IMG/VR virus record: IMGVR_UViG_3300043416_000423
Location: 1-51,961 of that record
Direction: 5' to 3' (one strand)
Length of the DNA stretch: 51,961 nucleotides
From: a virus
Lineage: Duplodnaviria > Caudoviricetes
Position numbers and translations under genes: made by a program. Positions 20,387 to 29,900 of this stretch are shown here, in pieces (the first letter of the stretch is position 1; each line of letters begins with the position of its first letter). Below the pieces are notes generated by a model, which was not told the origin of the DNA, ran no database searches, and saw only the letters and a program-made list of their open reading frames with translations.

Positions 20387-21097
20387 TTACGCTGCGGCAA
20401 GATATAATCTTGCCAAACTTAAGTTTGCACCAGATACTGCTGCTGTGGTCTCTGTTGAGTAGTTGGTACGGTCTGCTGTGGCAACAGCAGACCCTGTAGT
20501 ACCACCACTAAAGAAACCTTTATCTGCGTTACCTGCTGCGGCAGGACCATATCTTGCCGAACTTAAGTTTGCACCAGATACTGCTGCTGTGGTCTCTGTT
20601 GAGTAGTTGGTACGGTCTGCTGTGGCAACAGCAGACACTGTATAACCACCACTAAAGAAACCTTTATCTGCGTTACCTGCTGCGACAAGATTATATCTTG
20701 CCGAACTTAAGTTTGCACCAGATACTGCTGCTGTGGTCTCTGTTGAGTAGTTGGTACGGTCTGCTGTGGCCACCTCGCCTGTTGTATAACCACCACTAAA
20801 GAAACCTTTATCTGCGTTACCTGCTGCGGCAAGATAATATCTTGCCAAACTTAAGTTTGCACCAGATACTGCTGCTGTGGTCTCTGTTGAGTAGTTGGTA
20901 CGGTCTGCTGTGGCAACAGCGACTGTTGTAAAACCACCACTAAAGAAACCTTTATCTGCGTTACCTGCTGCGGCAAGAGCAGTTCTTGCCAAACTTAAGT
21001 TTGCACCAGATACTGCTGCTGTGGTCTCTGTTGAATAGTTGGTACGGTCTGCTGTGGCAACATTAGACCCTGTAGAACCACCACTAAAGAAACCTTT
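20387..21097 (-). repeat. ~4.9 tandem 144-bp coding repeats with two hypervariable patches
   Basis: ACCACCACTAAAGAAACC recurs at 20501, 20645, 20789, 20933, 21077. Confidence 0.97.
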
Positions 21098-22081
21098 TGT
21101 CAGGAGTGTCTTATAATTATACGCAAGCCCAACAGAATAAAGGGGTCGCCATTTTTGACTGATACCATCATAATATAATGGTAAAGTCTGTGACCCATAA
21201 AGTTTAATATGGTTGGGAAACGCAAATCTGTTTTCTGCTGATGAACCTGCATCTTGGTTGAGAAGAACCATTGGTGCGGTGCCAGTATTTACAATCACAA
21301 AAACTTGACCGTTTGCGCCTGCAACCAATCCTGTGACGTTATATTCAACATTGACGTTACTATTAGCCGATGCACGCACCTCAAAGATACCTGTGGTGCC
21401 TGGTGTCCAATCATTCGTATTAGCAGAAATGACTGTTGATGTAACTGTGCCAGATAGAGTCAGTGATCTTGTTGTTAATGTATTACTTATTGTTGTATTA
21501 CCAACTATATTTAATGTACCAACATATGTTGTTGTCGAATTAGCAAGAGCAGCATTTGCTTTATTAAAAGCAGCAATAGCAATTGTATTTGCTCCAGACA
21601 CAGTAGCAGATGTAAAAGCATTGGCGCTTGTTCCTACAACACTATTTGCACCTGCTATTGTTGCCAGTAGATATGTATTAGCACCAACACCAACTGCTGT
21701 ATTTGCACCTGCTATTGTTGCCAGTAGATATGTATTTGCACCTGCTATTGTTGCCAGTAGATATGTATTAGCACCAACACCAACTGCAGTATTAGCACCC
21801 ATAATAACTGCTTTGAGATGATTATTTGCACCTGTTGTAATTAAATTAGAGTATGCATTTGCTCCATCACCAACAGCAGTATTAGCACCCGCTATTGTTG
21901 CCAGTATATATGTGTTAGTTCCGATACCTGTACTATAAGCTAAAACGTTTGCTGCATTAGCTTTATTATATGCATCTGTTACTTTTATTTCTTCTTCATT
22001 ACCTTTGACAATAACTTGATTAGTTCGCACTCTCCATGCGTCAAAAGTATCTGTTAATGCTACATTAGATAGTGCTGGCAT
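20387..22081 (-). CDS. Tail fibre / receptor-binding protein with C-terminal Kelch-like repeats
   Basis: DTFDAWRVRTN anchor-like N-terminus, IAGANTAVG repeats, five 48-aa GFFSGG repeats. Confidence 0.8.
   Translation of the reverse strand: MPALSNVALTDTFDAWRVRTNQVIVKGNEEEIKVTDAYNKANAANVLAYSTGIGTNTYILATIAGANTAVGDGANAYSNLITTGANNHLKAVIMGANTAVGVGANTYLLATIAGANTYLLATIAGANTAVGVGANTYLLATIAGANSVVGTSANAFTSATVSGANTIAIAAFNKANAALANSTTTYVGTLNIVGNTTISNTLTTRSLTLSGTVTSTVISANTNDWTPGTTGIFEVRASANSNVNVEYNVTGLVAGANGQVFVIVNTGTAPMVLLNQDAGSSAENRFAFPNHIKLYGSQTLPLYYDGISQKWRPLYSVGLAYNYKTLLTKGFFSGGSTGSNVATADRTNYSTETTAAVSGANLSLARTALAAAGNADKGFFSGGFTTVAVATADRTNYSTETTAAVSGANLSLARYYLAAAGNADKGFFSGGYTTGEVATADRTNYSTETTAAVSGANLSSARYNLVAAGNADKGFFSGGYTVSAVATADRTNYSTETTAAVSGANLSSARYGPAAAGNADKGFFSGGTTGSAVATADRTNYSTETTAAVSGANLSLARLYLAAA
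21640..21915 (-). repeat. Imperfect coding repeats (TYLLATIAGANTAVGVGAN)
   Basis: GCACCTGCTATTGTTGCCAGTAGATATGTATT recurs three times, with a fourth diverged copy. Confidence 0.85.
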
Positions 22082-22109
22082 ATTATTGATAATCCTTTTA
22101 TTTTATTAC

Positions 22110-22117
22110 TATTTATA
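22110..22117 (-). promoter_or_regulatory. Canonical late promoter TATAAATA for the tail fibre cassette
   Basis: Exact consensus ~30 nt upstream of the ATG at 22081. Confidence 0.7.
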
Positions 22118-22140
22118 TACAGGCTTGGGGTATTTATTCT

Positions 22141-22500
22141 TTACTGCAATGCAAGCATCGATGCTTGCATTTGTTCATTATCGTTTTTTACAACACCGTC
22201 AGCACTTATCTTTTGACCTATATCAGCATTAAAAGGAACAAAATGTATATCACCATTTGGTGCTAATACACCACCAGTATAAGCATTAGATACTGTATAA
22301 ACTAATGAATATGTACTAACAATATCAGTTGTGAATAGTTTACCTGCTTTGACACTTCTATTGACAATATCTGCAAAACCTCTCCAACCAGCACTCAGAA
22401 CAGTACCAACAGAACTGTTATCTGCTTTAGGCATTACACCAAAAGTAGATTCTCTTACATCAGTTACAAAACTTGGAGATATAGTATAATTGTTAGCCAA
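22141..22500 (-). pseudogene. Probably truncated repeat-type fibre/receptor-binding gene
   Basis: TTG start; only one copy of YTGGVLAPNGDIHFVP...GQKIS, then an abrupt unrelated tail. Confidence 0.5.
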
Positions 22501-22501
22501 A

Positions 22502-23161
22502 TTATGCCACCTTAGCGACTAGTAGTGCATATTGATTTGCTGTAGGATTATCCACAAATGATATAACAAGATTATTTGCCGTTGTTTGTCTCATATCTGG
22601 ATAAACAATATCACCAGTTGAATATTCTCTAACTGATGTTAAAAGCCAGAAAGAACTTAGATTGTGTGAAACATTGAATGCATTTGCTGACCCATTACCA
22701 ACATTAGATGTAAATGTTGTTAAAGTATTTGCTTGATTAAAAGCAGCAATAGCAACAGAAGAATCAACAACAGTAGCAATGTTGGCAACGTTTGTCACAA
22801 CATAATCATTTGAAGTTAAATCTTTTATCTGTGATGTTGCAACAGTAACACCACCACCAGCGCCACCAGTTGAATTGATAGTAATTGTATCATTAATAGC
22901 ATCAGCACCAATACTGATATTATTACCTGCAATAAGTGTGACAACAGATTCAGAGCTACCTGCAACAACTAATGTACCATTAGCATTGATAGTACCAAAA
23001 GCATTTCCGCCCTGAGTGTTGAAAGGAAGAATAGTACCGTTAGCATGTTTATAAAATAACTTACCATCAGCATAGTTGATAGCCAACTCACCATTAGCCA
23101 AAACTGTTGGTTGGGCTGTTGGTGTTGATGATTTCTTAAGTGTGATTACTGTGTTAGCCAT
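22502..23161 (-). CDS. Virion structural / fibre protein with Mtd-N-like N-terminus
   Basis: ITLKKSS...PTVLANGELAINYADGKLFYK. Confidence 0.7.
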   Translation of the reverse strand: MANTVITLKKSSTPTAQPTVLANGELAINYADGKLFYKHANGTILPFNTQGGNAFGTINANGTLVVAGSSESVVTLIAGNNISIGADAINDTITINSTGGAGGGVTVATSQIKDLTSNDYVVTNVANIATVVDSSVAIAAFNQANTLTTFTSNVGNGSANAFNVSHNLSSFWLLTSVREYSTGDIVYPDMRQTTANNLVISFVDNPTANQYALLVAKVA

Positions 23162-23610
23162 TAAAAATTATCTGTGTTCGAGGTGCTTGTATTAGATTTT
23201 TCTTCAACTTGAACATCTAATGTCTTCATGCTTTTCTTTTTTTTATTTTTAATTAAATTTGGATTCAACTTGTTAGTCAAATCTTCAATAATAATATCTT
23301 TTTCAACTATCATGTATTTCATTTCTAAAATTTGTCTGGTAAAAGTATCAATATGAGAGATTTTATTATTAAGTGCTGATATTTCATTTAATAGTTCTTG
23401 ATTTCTTTTTACAAGTTTATGATAATCTTGCTCAATAGATTGATTAGAGCTTAAACGATTATTTATATCATTAATCATATTGTCTTTTTCAGCAACAACA
23501 TCGCCAATTACTTTCAGTTGTGCCTTAAGTTGAAGTATCTGTGTGATGTTTTCATGTAACATTCCGACAGTAGAGTCTATATAAGCATTAACATATTTAG
23601 TTTGATCCAT
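23161..23610 (-). CDS. Hypothetical coiled-coil protein
   Basis: 149-aa heptad-rich ORF, SD AGGAG, TAATG overlap with the next gene. Confidence 0.65.
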   Translation of the reverse strand: MDQTKYVNAYIDSTVGMLHENITQILQLKAQLKVIGDVVAEKDNMINDINNRLSSNQSIEQDYHKLVKRNQELLNEISALNNKISHIDTFTRQILEMKYMIVEKDIIIEDLTNKLNPNLIKNKKKKSMKTLDVQVEEKSNTSTSNTDNF

Positions 23611-23618
23611 TATATAAT

Positions 23619-23755
23619 TTACTCCTGTTTCTTCTTATATTGTCCACGTTTTTTACCTAGAATTGCATTTCTTAGTTTTTCTCTGGTTTCTTTTGACACT
23701 TTTTTCCTTTTTGTGTCGCACCAATTTTTCTTTTTGATTCTTCGGAAAAAGTGTA
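23619..23755 (-). pseudogene. Decayed homing endonuclease C-terminus (two NUMOD3 motifs, frameshifted)
   Basis: Manual translation YTFSEESKRKIGATQKGK, shift in an A-run, then VSKETREKLRNAILGKKRGQYKKKQE*; no nuclease domain. Confidence 0.75.
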
Positions 23756-23759
23756 TATT

Positions 23760-24980
23760 TCAGAACGCACCTCCATCCAACATTCCGAAGAATGGTCTAC
23801 CGTTAGCACCAGTTTGTAAAAGATTTCCGTCAGAGCCTTGATCTGTAACTTTTATTGAATTTGTTCCATCGCCGTATAGTATGCCGTTTGCGGTGAAAGA
23901 TGTTGCTCCTGTTCCACCATAAGGAACAGTAACTGTGCTACCATTCCACACACCTGTAGTCAGTGTGCCTACACCAGTAATACCAGTATAAGACCCTGTT
24001 ATTCTACCAGATGGTACTGTACCAGTTGTTAGATAAGAGGCATTTGCAGCATTAGTATTTGCTGCGACACCAACAACATCTGCATAAGAATTTGCACCAG
24101 CACCTATAGCAGTGTTAGCACCTGCTATAGTTGCAGAAGTAAATGCGTTAGCACCTGTACCAACAGCAGTATTAGCACCTGCTATAGTAGTATAAACGTT
24201 ATTGAATGTATTTGCTTTATCAAATGCTGCCGTAATCCAATTGATTGTATTTTGACCACCAAGATTTAGATTACTTGTTCTGATATCAGCATTTAAAACA
24301 GATAATGTAAAGTTATTACCAGTAGGATCAATGTTATTAGGATTAGGTTCCTGATCATATCGTTGAAATATATAGTACTCTTTTGTTAAATGATCTCTGA
24401 AAAATCCTGTGTGAACATTTGATCCTGTTGCATTTGCATAACGACCTACAAAACCAATATCGACAGTATCGGAAACATAATTATTTCCTGCCAAAAAAAT
24501 TAAAGGATCAGAAACTCTTAATGTTTCTGTATCAATACTAAATGCATTACCTGAAACTGTTAAACTACCAGTAACAGATAAATTACCGGTAATTGTTTGT
24601 TGTTGTGCAGTTAATTTTACAAAAGTACCATTTGCATAATTATTTGCACCAGCACCAACAGCAGCATTGGCACCAGCAATAGTAGCAGAAGTAAAAGCAT
24701 TAGCACCTGTACCCACAGCAGCATTGGCACCTGCTATTGTAGTATAGACATTATTGAATGTGTTTGCTTTATCGAATGCTGCTATTGATATTGTGTAAGC
24801 AGAATTTGATTTAGTGATATAATCAAAACCACCTATAGGTAGAACGCCTGTTCCATCAGATGTACCAATAAACAATGTATTAGAAACATATGAATATGCT
24901 GGTTCTGCAATTGAGAGAGAACTACCTGATGGCTGATTTGTTGTCGTCGATCTTTTTATTTGAATTAATGTATTTGACAT
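23760..24980 (-). CDS. Tail fibre-like structural protein
   Basis: IQIKRS...AEPAYS N-terminus, IAGAN repeats, GGTGATSF, C-terminal LDGGAF. Confidence 0.75.
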   Translation of the reverse strand: MSNTLIQIKRSTTTNQPSGSSLSIAEPAYSYVSNTLFIGTSDGTGVLPIGGFDYITKSNSAYTISIAAFDKANTFNNVYTTIAGANAAVGTGANAFTSATIAGANAAVGAGANNYANGTFVKLTAQQQTITGNLSVTGSLTVSGNAFSIDTETLRVSDPLIFLAGNNYVSDTVDIGFVGRYANATGSNVHTGFFRDHLTKEYYIFQRYDQEPNPNNIDPTGNNFTLSVLNADIRTSNLNLGGQNTINWITAAFDKANTFNNVYTTIAGANTAVGTGANAFTSATIAGANTAIGAGANSYADVVGVAANTNAANASYLTTGTVPSGRITGSYTGITGVGTLTTGVWNGSTVTVPYGGTGATSFTANGILYGDGTNSIKVTDQGSDGNLLQTGANGRPFFGMLDGGAF

Positions 24981-25088
24981 TTAGATGATGCCTTTGTCTG
25001 TTATTTTTTTACAGTTATCAAAATGATACCTTTTCATACTGTTTTTTCTTCCAACAACATCACAATAAGTGCACTTAATCTTAGTATA
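24981..25088 (-). pseudogene. Decayed homing endonuclease C-terminus (zinc-finger-like)
   Basis: Manual translation YTKIKCTYCDVVGRKNSMKRYHFDNCKKITDKGII*; CxxC...MKRxHFDNC is typical of phage endonuclease C-termini. Confidence 0.7.
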
Positions 25089-25090
25089 TT

Positions 25091-25330
25091 TCAGAAAGTT
25101 CCTCCGTTTAAAACAGACAATTCTTTGACAATAAATTTATCACTTGCCGAATCATAAACGATCGTATTATTATTGGCTAAATTAGATGCATTAACATCAA
25201 CTAGTCCTCTTAAAGAATTGACAAGTGGTATTGAAGGTATTATACCAACAGTTCTTATTTCCGCTCTTTGAGGATTGTTTATAGAAACTCTATTTTTTGA
25301 TGTTGAAACTACAGTTACTTTAACTGTCAT
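25091..25330 (-). CDS. Small virion structural protein
   Basis: LRGLVDVN...IVYDSASDKF...NGGTF. Confidence 0.65.
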   Translation of the reverse strand: MTVKVTVVSTSKNRVSINNPQRAEIRTVGIIPSIPLVNSLRGLVDVNASNLANNNTIVYDSASDKFIVKELSVLNGGTF

Positions 25331-25334
25331 ATTG

Positions 25335-25673
25335 TTACCTAGTACAAGAAGGAGTTACAGTTATGATTCCTTCTAAAACACGTGATGTTTGATTGTTGGT
25401 GTCAAGTGTTTTCACATCAAACAGATATCTTCCTGGTTTGATGTTAGAAGTATTTGCAGCGGTCATTGACATTGTAATTTCACCATTTGCAACATTAGAA
25501 AGTGTACATGTTATATTAGCAGAAATATTAGCAGAATAATATGATCTTCTTATTTGTGAAGAAATAACATATCCAGACACATTGATAGGAGTATTAGTAA
25601 CATCATCAGTTAGATTGATGATGTTATTGAAAGTTGTACCTTGATCTATATAAAGTTCTACGTATGCTGCCAT
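25335..25673 (-). CDS. Virion structural protein (BppU-N-like beta sandwich)
   Basis: LYIDQGTTF...SQIRRSY...GRYLFDV...RVLEGIITVTP. Confidence 0.7.
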   Translation of the reverse strand: MAAYVELYIDQGTTFNNIINLTDDVTNTPINVSGYVISSQIRRSYYSANISANITCTLSNVANGEITMSMTAANTSNIKPGRYLFDVKTLDTNNQTSRVLEGIITVTPSCTR

Positions 25674-25707
25674 TTTTTTTACCAATTGAATTTATTCTTA
25701 TTTATAT

Positions 25708-26730
25708 TTATGTTATACAATATTTCTTTGATGGGTGACATCTATAATTTAATCCTATGTCACTTGATAATTTTTGTAAACCCGTATACCAGATTTTATA
25801 GACCTCACTATCGCAATGTCTTTGCATATACGTATCACGATGACTGAAAAATACACATCTTGTTTTTCTTGTTTTCATCAATAAAGGATATTTGAGATCG
25901 TAGATATTTCTATTATATATTTCTAAGTAATTTTTCCAAAAATCTTCTTTGTTATTTGTTAGTCTACAAATATTACTCATAACATATGCTTGTTTTTTTA
26001 CAATATCAGCACCTATATCAGTGGGTGCGAAATAAAAATTTTCTCGTGTGAGATTGTTCATCATATAACACGAAGCAAAATCTGTTATATCAGATTCCCA
26101 AAAATGTATATAAAAAGAGTCTTTTTCTGCTGTTAACATAGTTTTGGCAACACCCATGACATAGCAAGTATTTTTACTATTATCAATGGCCAGATGTTTT
26201 TGTATTTCATACCAAAAAAATAAATGAAAACTTTTGAAATAAGTTAGTTGATATGCCCAATCATCTCCAAATTTTTTTATCAAATCAAAATCATAAGGTC
26301 TGGTAAATAATTTAGTATAGTCAATAAATGTGATCTTAGTATTTGGAAGAAAAACAGAATTTAATAAAGAATTTGTATTTTCAAAAATTTCATCGTTATT
26401 GTTTTCAGTTGATCCTCTAAACATATCTTGCGAAAAAGCACCGACACAAACAATTTCGTCAATATGAATATTATTGTTGTAGAATGCTTCAAACATGTTT
26501 CGTGAATCAATACCACCAGAAAGAAACAAAATAACATATTCATAATTGTCTCTTATTTCTTGCGCACGTAGTTTATACAGATGATTTAATGATAATGGTG
26601 GTTCTACTTTCCAGTTGACTTTATCATAAAAAGTGTCTTCATAATATAATTTACATTGTTTACCACTCTTTATTGCTGATATATGATTGTCATAAACATT
26701 ACCAGCATCATCATAAAAATGTATGTTCAT
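25708..26730 (-). CDS. PP-loop (adenine nucleotide alpha hydrolase-like) protein
   Basis: VILFLSGGIDS motif; AT-rich. Confidence 0.65.
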   Translation of the reverse strand: MNIHFYDDAGNVYDNHISAIKSGKQCKLYYEDTFYDKVNWKVEPPLSLNHLYKLRAQEIRDNYEYVILFLSGGIDSRNMFEAFYNNNIHIDEIVCVGAFSQDMFRGSTENNNDEIFENTNSLLNSVFLPNTKITFIDYTKLFTRPYDFDLIKKFGDDWAYQLTYFKSFHLFFWYEIQKHLAIDNSKNTCYVMGVAKTMLTAEKDSFYIHFWESDITDFASCYMMNNLTRENFYFAPTDIGADIVKKQAYVMSNICRLTNNKEDFWKNYLEIYNRNIYDLKYPLLMKTRKTRCVFFSHRDTYMQRHCDSEVYKIWYTGLQKLSSDIGLNYRCHPSKKYCIT

Positions 26731-26930
26731 TTTTTTCCTAATATTTCAAATAATAAACCTTTGATATCAGAGATATCTTTTCTCATCTCGTTTACTTCAT
26801 TCTTCACTTCTTCGATCTGTCTGTCTTTTTTCTTTCTTGCTTTATATGCTCTGAGGGCATTATTATCTTTATTGATAAGAACACCCTCAGTAACTTTATA
26901 TATTCCAGGTATTGCAGTTTTTTTTGCCAT
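26727..26930 (-). CDS. Small hypothetical coiled-coil protein
   Basis: GVLINKD...DISDIKGLL; follows the VrlC-like gene. Confidence 0.6.
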   Translation of the reverse strand: MAKKTAIPGIYKVTEGVLINKDNNALRAYKARKKKDRQIEEVKNEVNEMRKDISDIKGLLFEILGKK

Positions 26931-26983
26931 TAGTATAACAATCTATATTTTTTTATGATCAACTTTTCTTCCAAATTTATATT

Positions 26984-29900
26984 TCACATTTGTAGACATA
27001 TTGTCCTAAGGTCTGCGACCCTTGGTACAATTGCAGAATTATCAGAAAGAATACCAATCTTGATGGCAAAGTTCTTGTAACCAGTGAAGGTAGTTACACC
27101 ATCATTACCAAGATATTGAACTTCACCATTTGTACCGGTTAGATTTGCAGATGGGAACTTATATGTATATTCTATGAAGTCATTTTTGTTTGATTGTGAA
27201 GAATAAACAGCATCACCATCATTTACCTTTTCCATCTCTATCCAAGTTCTTTGTGCAAATGCTGTTCCTGTGTCTTCTGCATTTAGCAATCTTATCCAAA
27301 CTTTGACATCTGTATTTGGTGGACGATAAGATGTAAGTATGACTTGCATATCTTCTGCATCTTGTCCCTCAGCAAGTGTTATTGTCTTAGAAATATACTT
27401 ATTATATAGATAACCACCAGATGATAAATTCTCGTTATATGTATTTGAGTTGACAATATTATCAATGAGCAGTGTTTGTGTTTTTGCTAAATCAAACACA
27501 GGAGAAACATAGTCTGATGTGGAAGACATGGTCACTTGAACATTATTTGTATACTTATTTGTTGATCTTGAGTATAATGCCCTCTCATCACTGAATTGAT
27601 AGTTATCGTTTGGATTTATATCAATATAGCTTCCAACAGTTCCTGTGTTTGAAACTGTTTGCATCTTGAAGTTTATTAAAGTGTTTCTGAAATCCAAGAA
27701 AGTTGGTTCAAAGTCTGCAACAGAATATCTAAACTTATCTATAACACCAATATTTGCTGTCACTCTGTTTTCAGATATTATTCTATCATTGACAGAGAAT
27801 GAACCTGTTGAATCAGTAAATATTGTTAGTATTTCAGATGCTTTAGTTGTTGCTTTTTGAAGTTTCGCACTCTTGCGTGTAACAAACGAAGATATGTTTC
27901 CTGTAACACCTTTTGAAACACCATTAGCAAATTGTATTGTTATTGGTTCGCCCGAGATAAATCCTACATTGGCTACATTTGCATAAATGCTATCTGATGA
28001 AACAGAGATTACTGTTGCATTCACACTGGAGTTTGAACCAATGATTCTGTTAGTGACGTTTATAGTGCCACCAGATATGCCTGATAATGTAAGTTTATCA
28101 CATGAGATGAAGTTTTGTCCATATTGTGTTATTGAACTTGAAACATCATTGAGTATAAACTTTTCTTTACCTCTATTGCCAATCGTGAATACACCATCTG
28201 TAGAAGCATCAAATGATGCTCTGTAAACTTTCATCGTAAGATCAATATCAGGAACCACGTCCCAAATCATGCCATTGTTAGTTGTATACATACGTCCAGT
28301 GTATGCACGAGATGTGACTTGATTACCCGTATTGATGTCAGTTTCACCAATTCTTGAAGCCCACAGATATAGATTAGCATTGCCTGCTGCAGGATGAATG
28401 ATGAAAGCATAATATTTGCTCTTCTGCAAGAAAACGGGTGCTTTAAATGTTACTTTTAGAGGATTATCAATACCATTAGTTGATATAGGAATATCAGAAT
28501 TGGCTATATGTACTTCCGAGAAAGGAACTTGATTGGGAATAATTTGTCCTGCACCGTTAGTTTCATAAATCTCGAACCATGCACCCAGTGTTGGATGTTT
28601 TGCTTGCACAAAAACATCAATAGAAGTTACAAAAATTCCTTCATCTGCTCCTGGTGCACTAACATTGAATGCATAAGCAAGACAGAACCATCCTGCCATT
28701 GGATCAATACATATAAGACTACCATAGCTGTCGGTGACCTGCGGATTACCACGAGTACAAAGCGGAAGAGAAACAGGTTCATCTATTATAATAGGAGTTT
28801 CTATCGTAGTAGCAGAGCTTCCTGCAACTTTTTGTGATAATGCTCTTGAATTTGTTATTTGTGATCTTGTAGAAAGAGTTGTCTCTTGTTTTACCTGAGA
28901 TAGTCCTTCTGCAAAAAAATAACCTTTCGCATAAGAAGTGTTGTCAGCATCATTTGTGCCTGTTAGTGTATCAATTAAGTCAATTCTCTTTTGACCTGTT
29001 GTAAATCTTCTTTCTGTTCCCTCAGGTAATCTTAGTTTGAAATATAGATTACCTGTATCATTTGCATACAACGCATTTCCTTCTTTAGTAGAAATGCCTG
29101 TGATATATCTACCACCATAATATCTATTACCAGAGTCAAGAGTCTGACCAATACTGAAAGATGTATTACCCGTTAAAATTTGATACTCATTGAGTGTAAG
29201 TGGTGTTGACCAGTTGGACATACCTTTACCATCAAAGAATGGCCAGTGTTGTGCATATTGCTTTAGACCCTCAACCTTAATGATCAAGTCTTGCGGACGA
29301 ATGTATGGTTGAATACTAACATCAATTACAGATTCACCTAATGATACTGTGTCTGTATCTGTTGCATTGTAATTCTGTACACCACTTCTCCTGTCATCGA
29401 ATAGAGTTTCTACAGTAACAGAGCTTCCTGGTGGTTGTGATTGTGCAATGGCATTTGCAGCATCTAGTGTTGCATATGTACCAACCAATTCACTCTGATT
29501 TGTGCCTGCACCACGATATACTTTATAACCAGTGACATGTCTTTGCCATGCATTCCATGTTGTTGTGATACCAGCAGCATTTTCATCAAAAGGAATACTA
29601 TTATTAACACCAGTAAATTCAACAGGAAAAGTTACAGTGTTATCAGGTGCAGTTTGAGTATCGACCCAAACATCTGTTTCTGGCAACAATGTCATCTGAC
29701 CATTGAATCTGTATGTTGTTCTCTCTGTGTTTCTGTTTGTTGTCACAGAAGATAGATTCATATATTCGACTTCATCATAGTCAAGTGTGATAATATTACC
29801 AGTCTTAACAACATTAGTTCCTGTAAGATATTCATAATCAATAGATTCAATTGTATAGATTGGACGAATGCTCTTTTCGTCTGGATCAACAACAATACGA

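Noticed and set aside
20387-21097. 144-bp repeats as a CRISPR array
   Set aside because: They are in-frame coding units with no unique spacers of CRISPR size and no cas genes.
19119-23760. Complete classical DGR (RT, Avd, TR, VR)
   Set aside because: No reverse transcriptase motifs or non-coding template copy in the window, and adenines are invariant over most of each unit.
23619-25096. Programmed frameshift at TTC-TGA extending fibres into the remnant peptides
   Set aside because: The two sites would need different frames, one remnant is internally frameshifted, and the peptides look like DNA-binding endonuclease tails.
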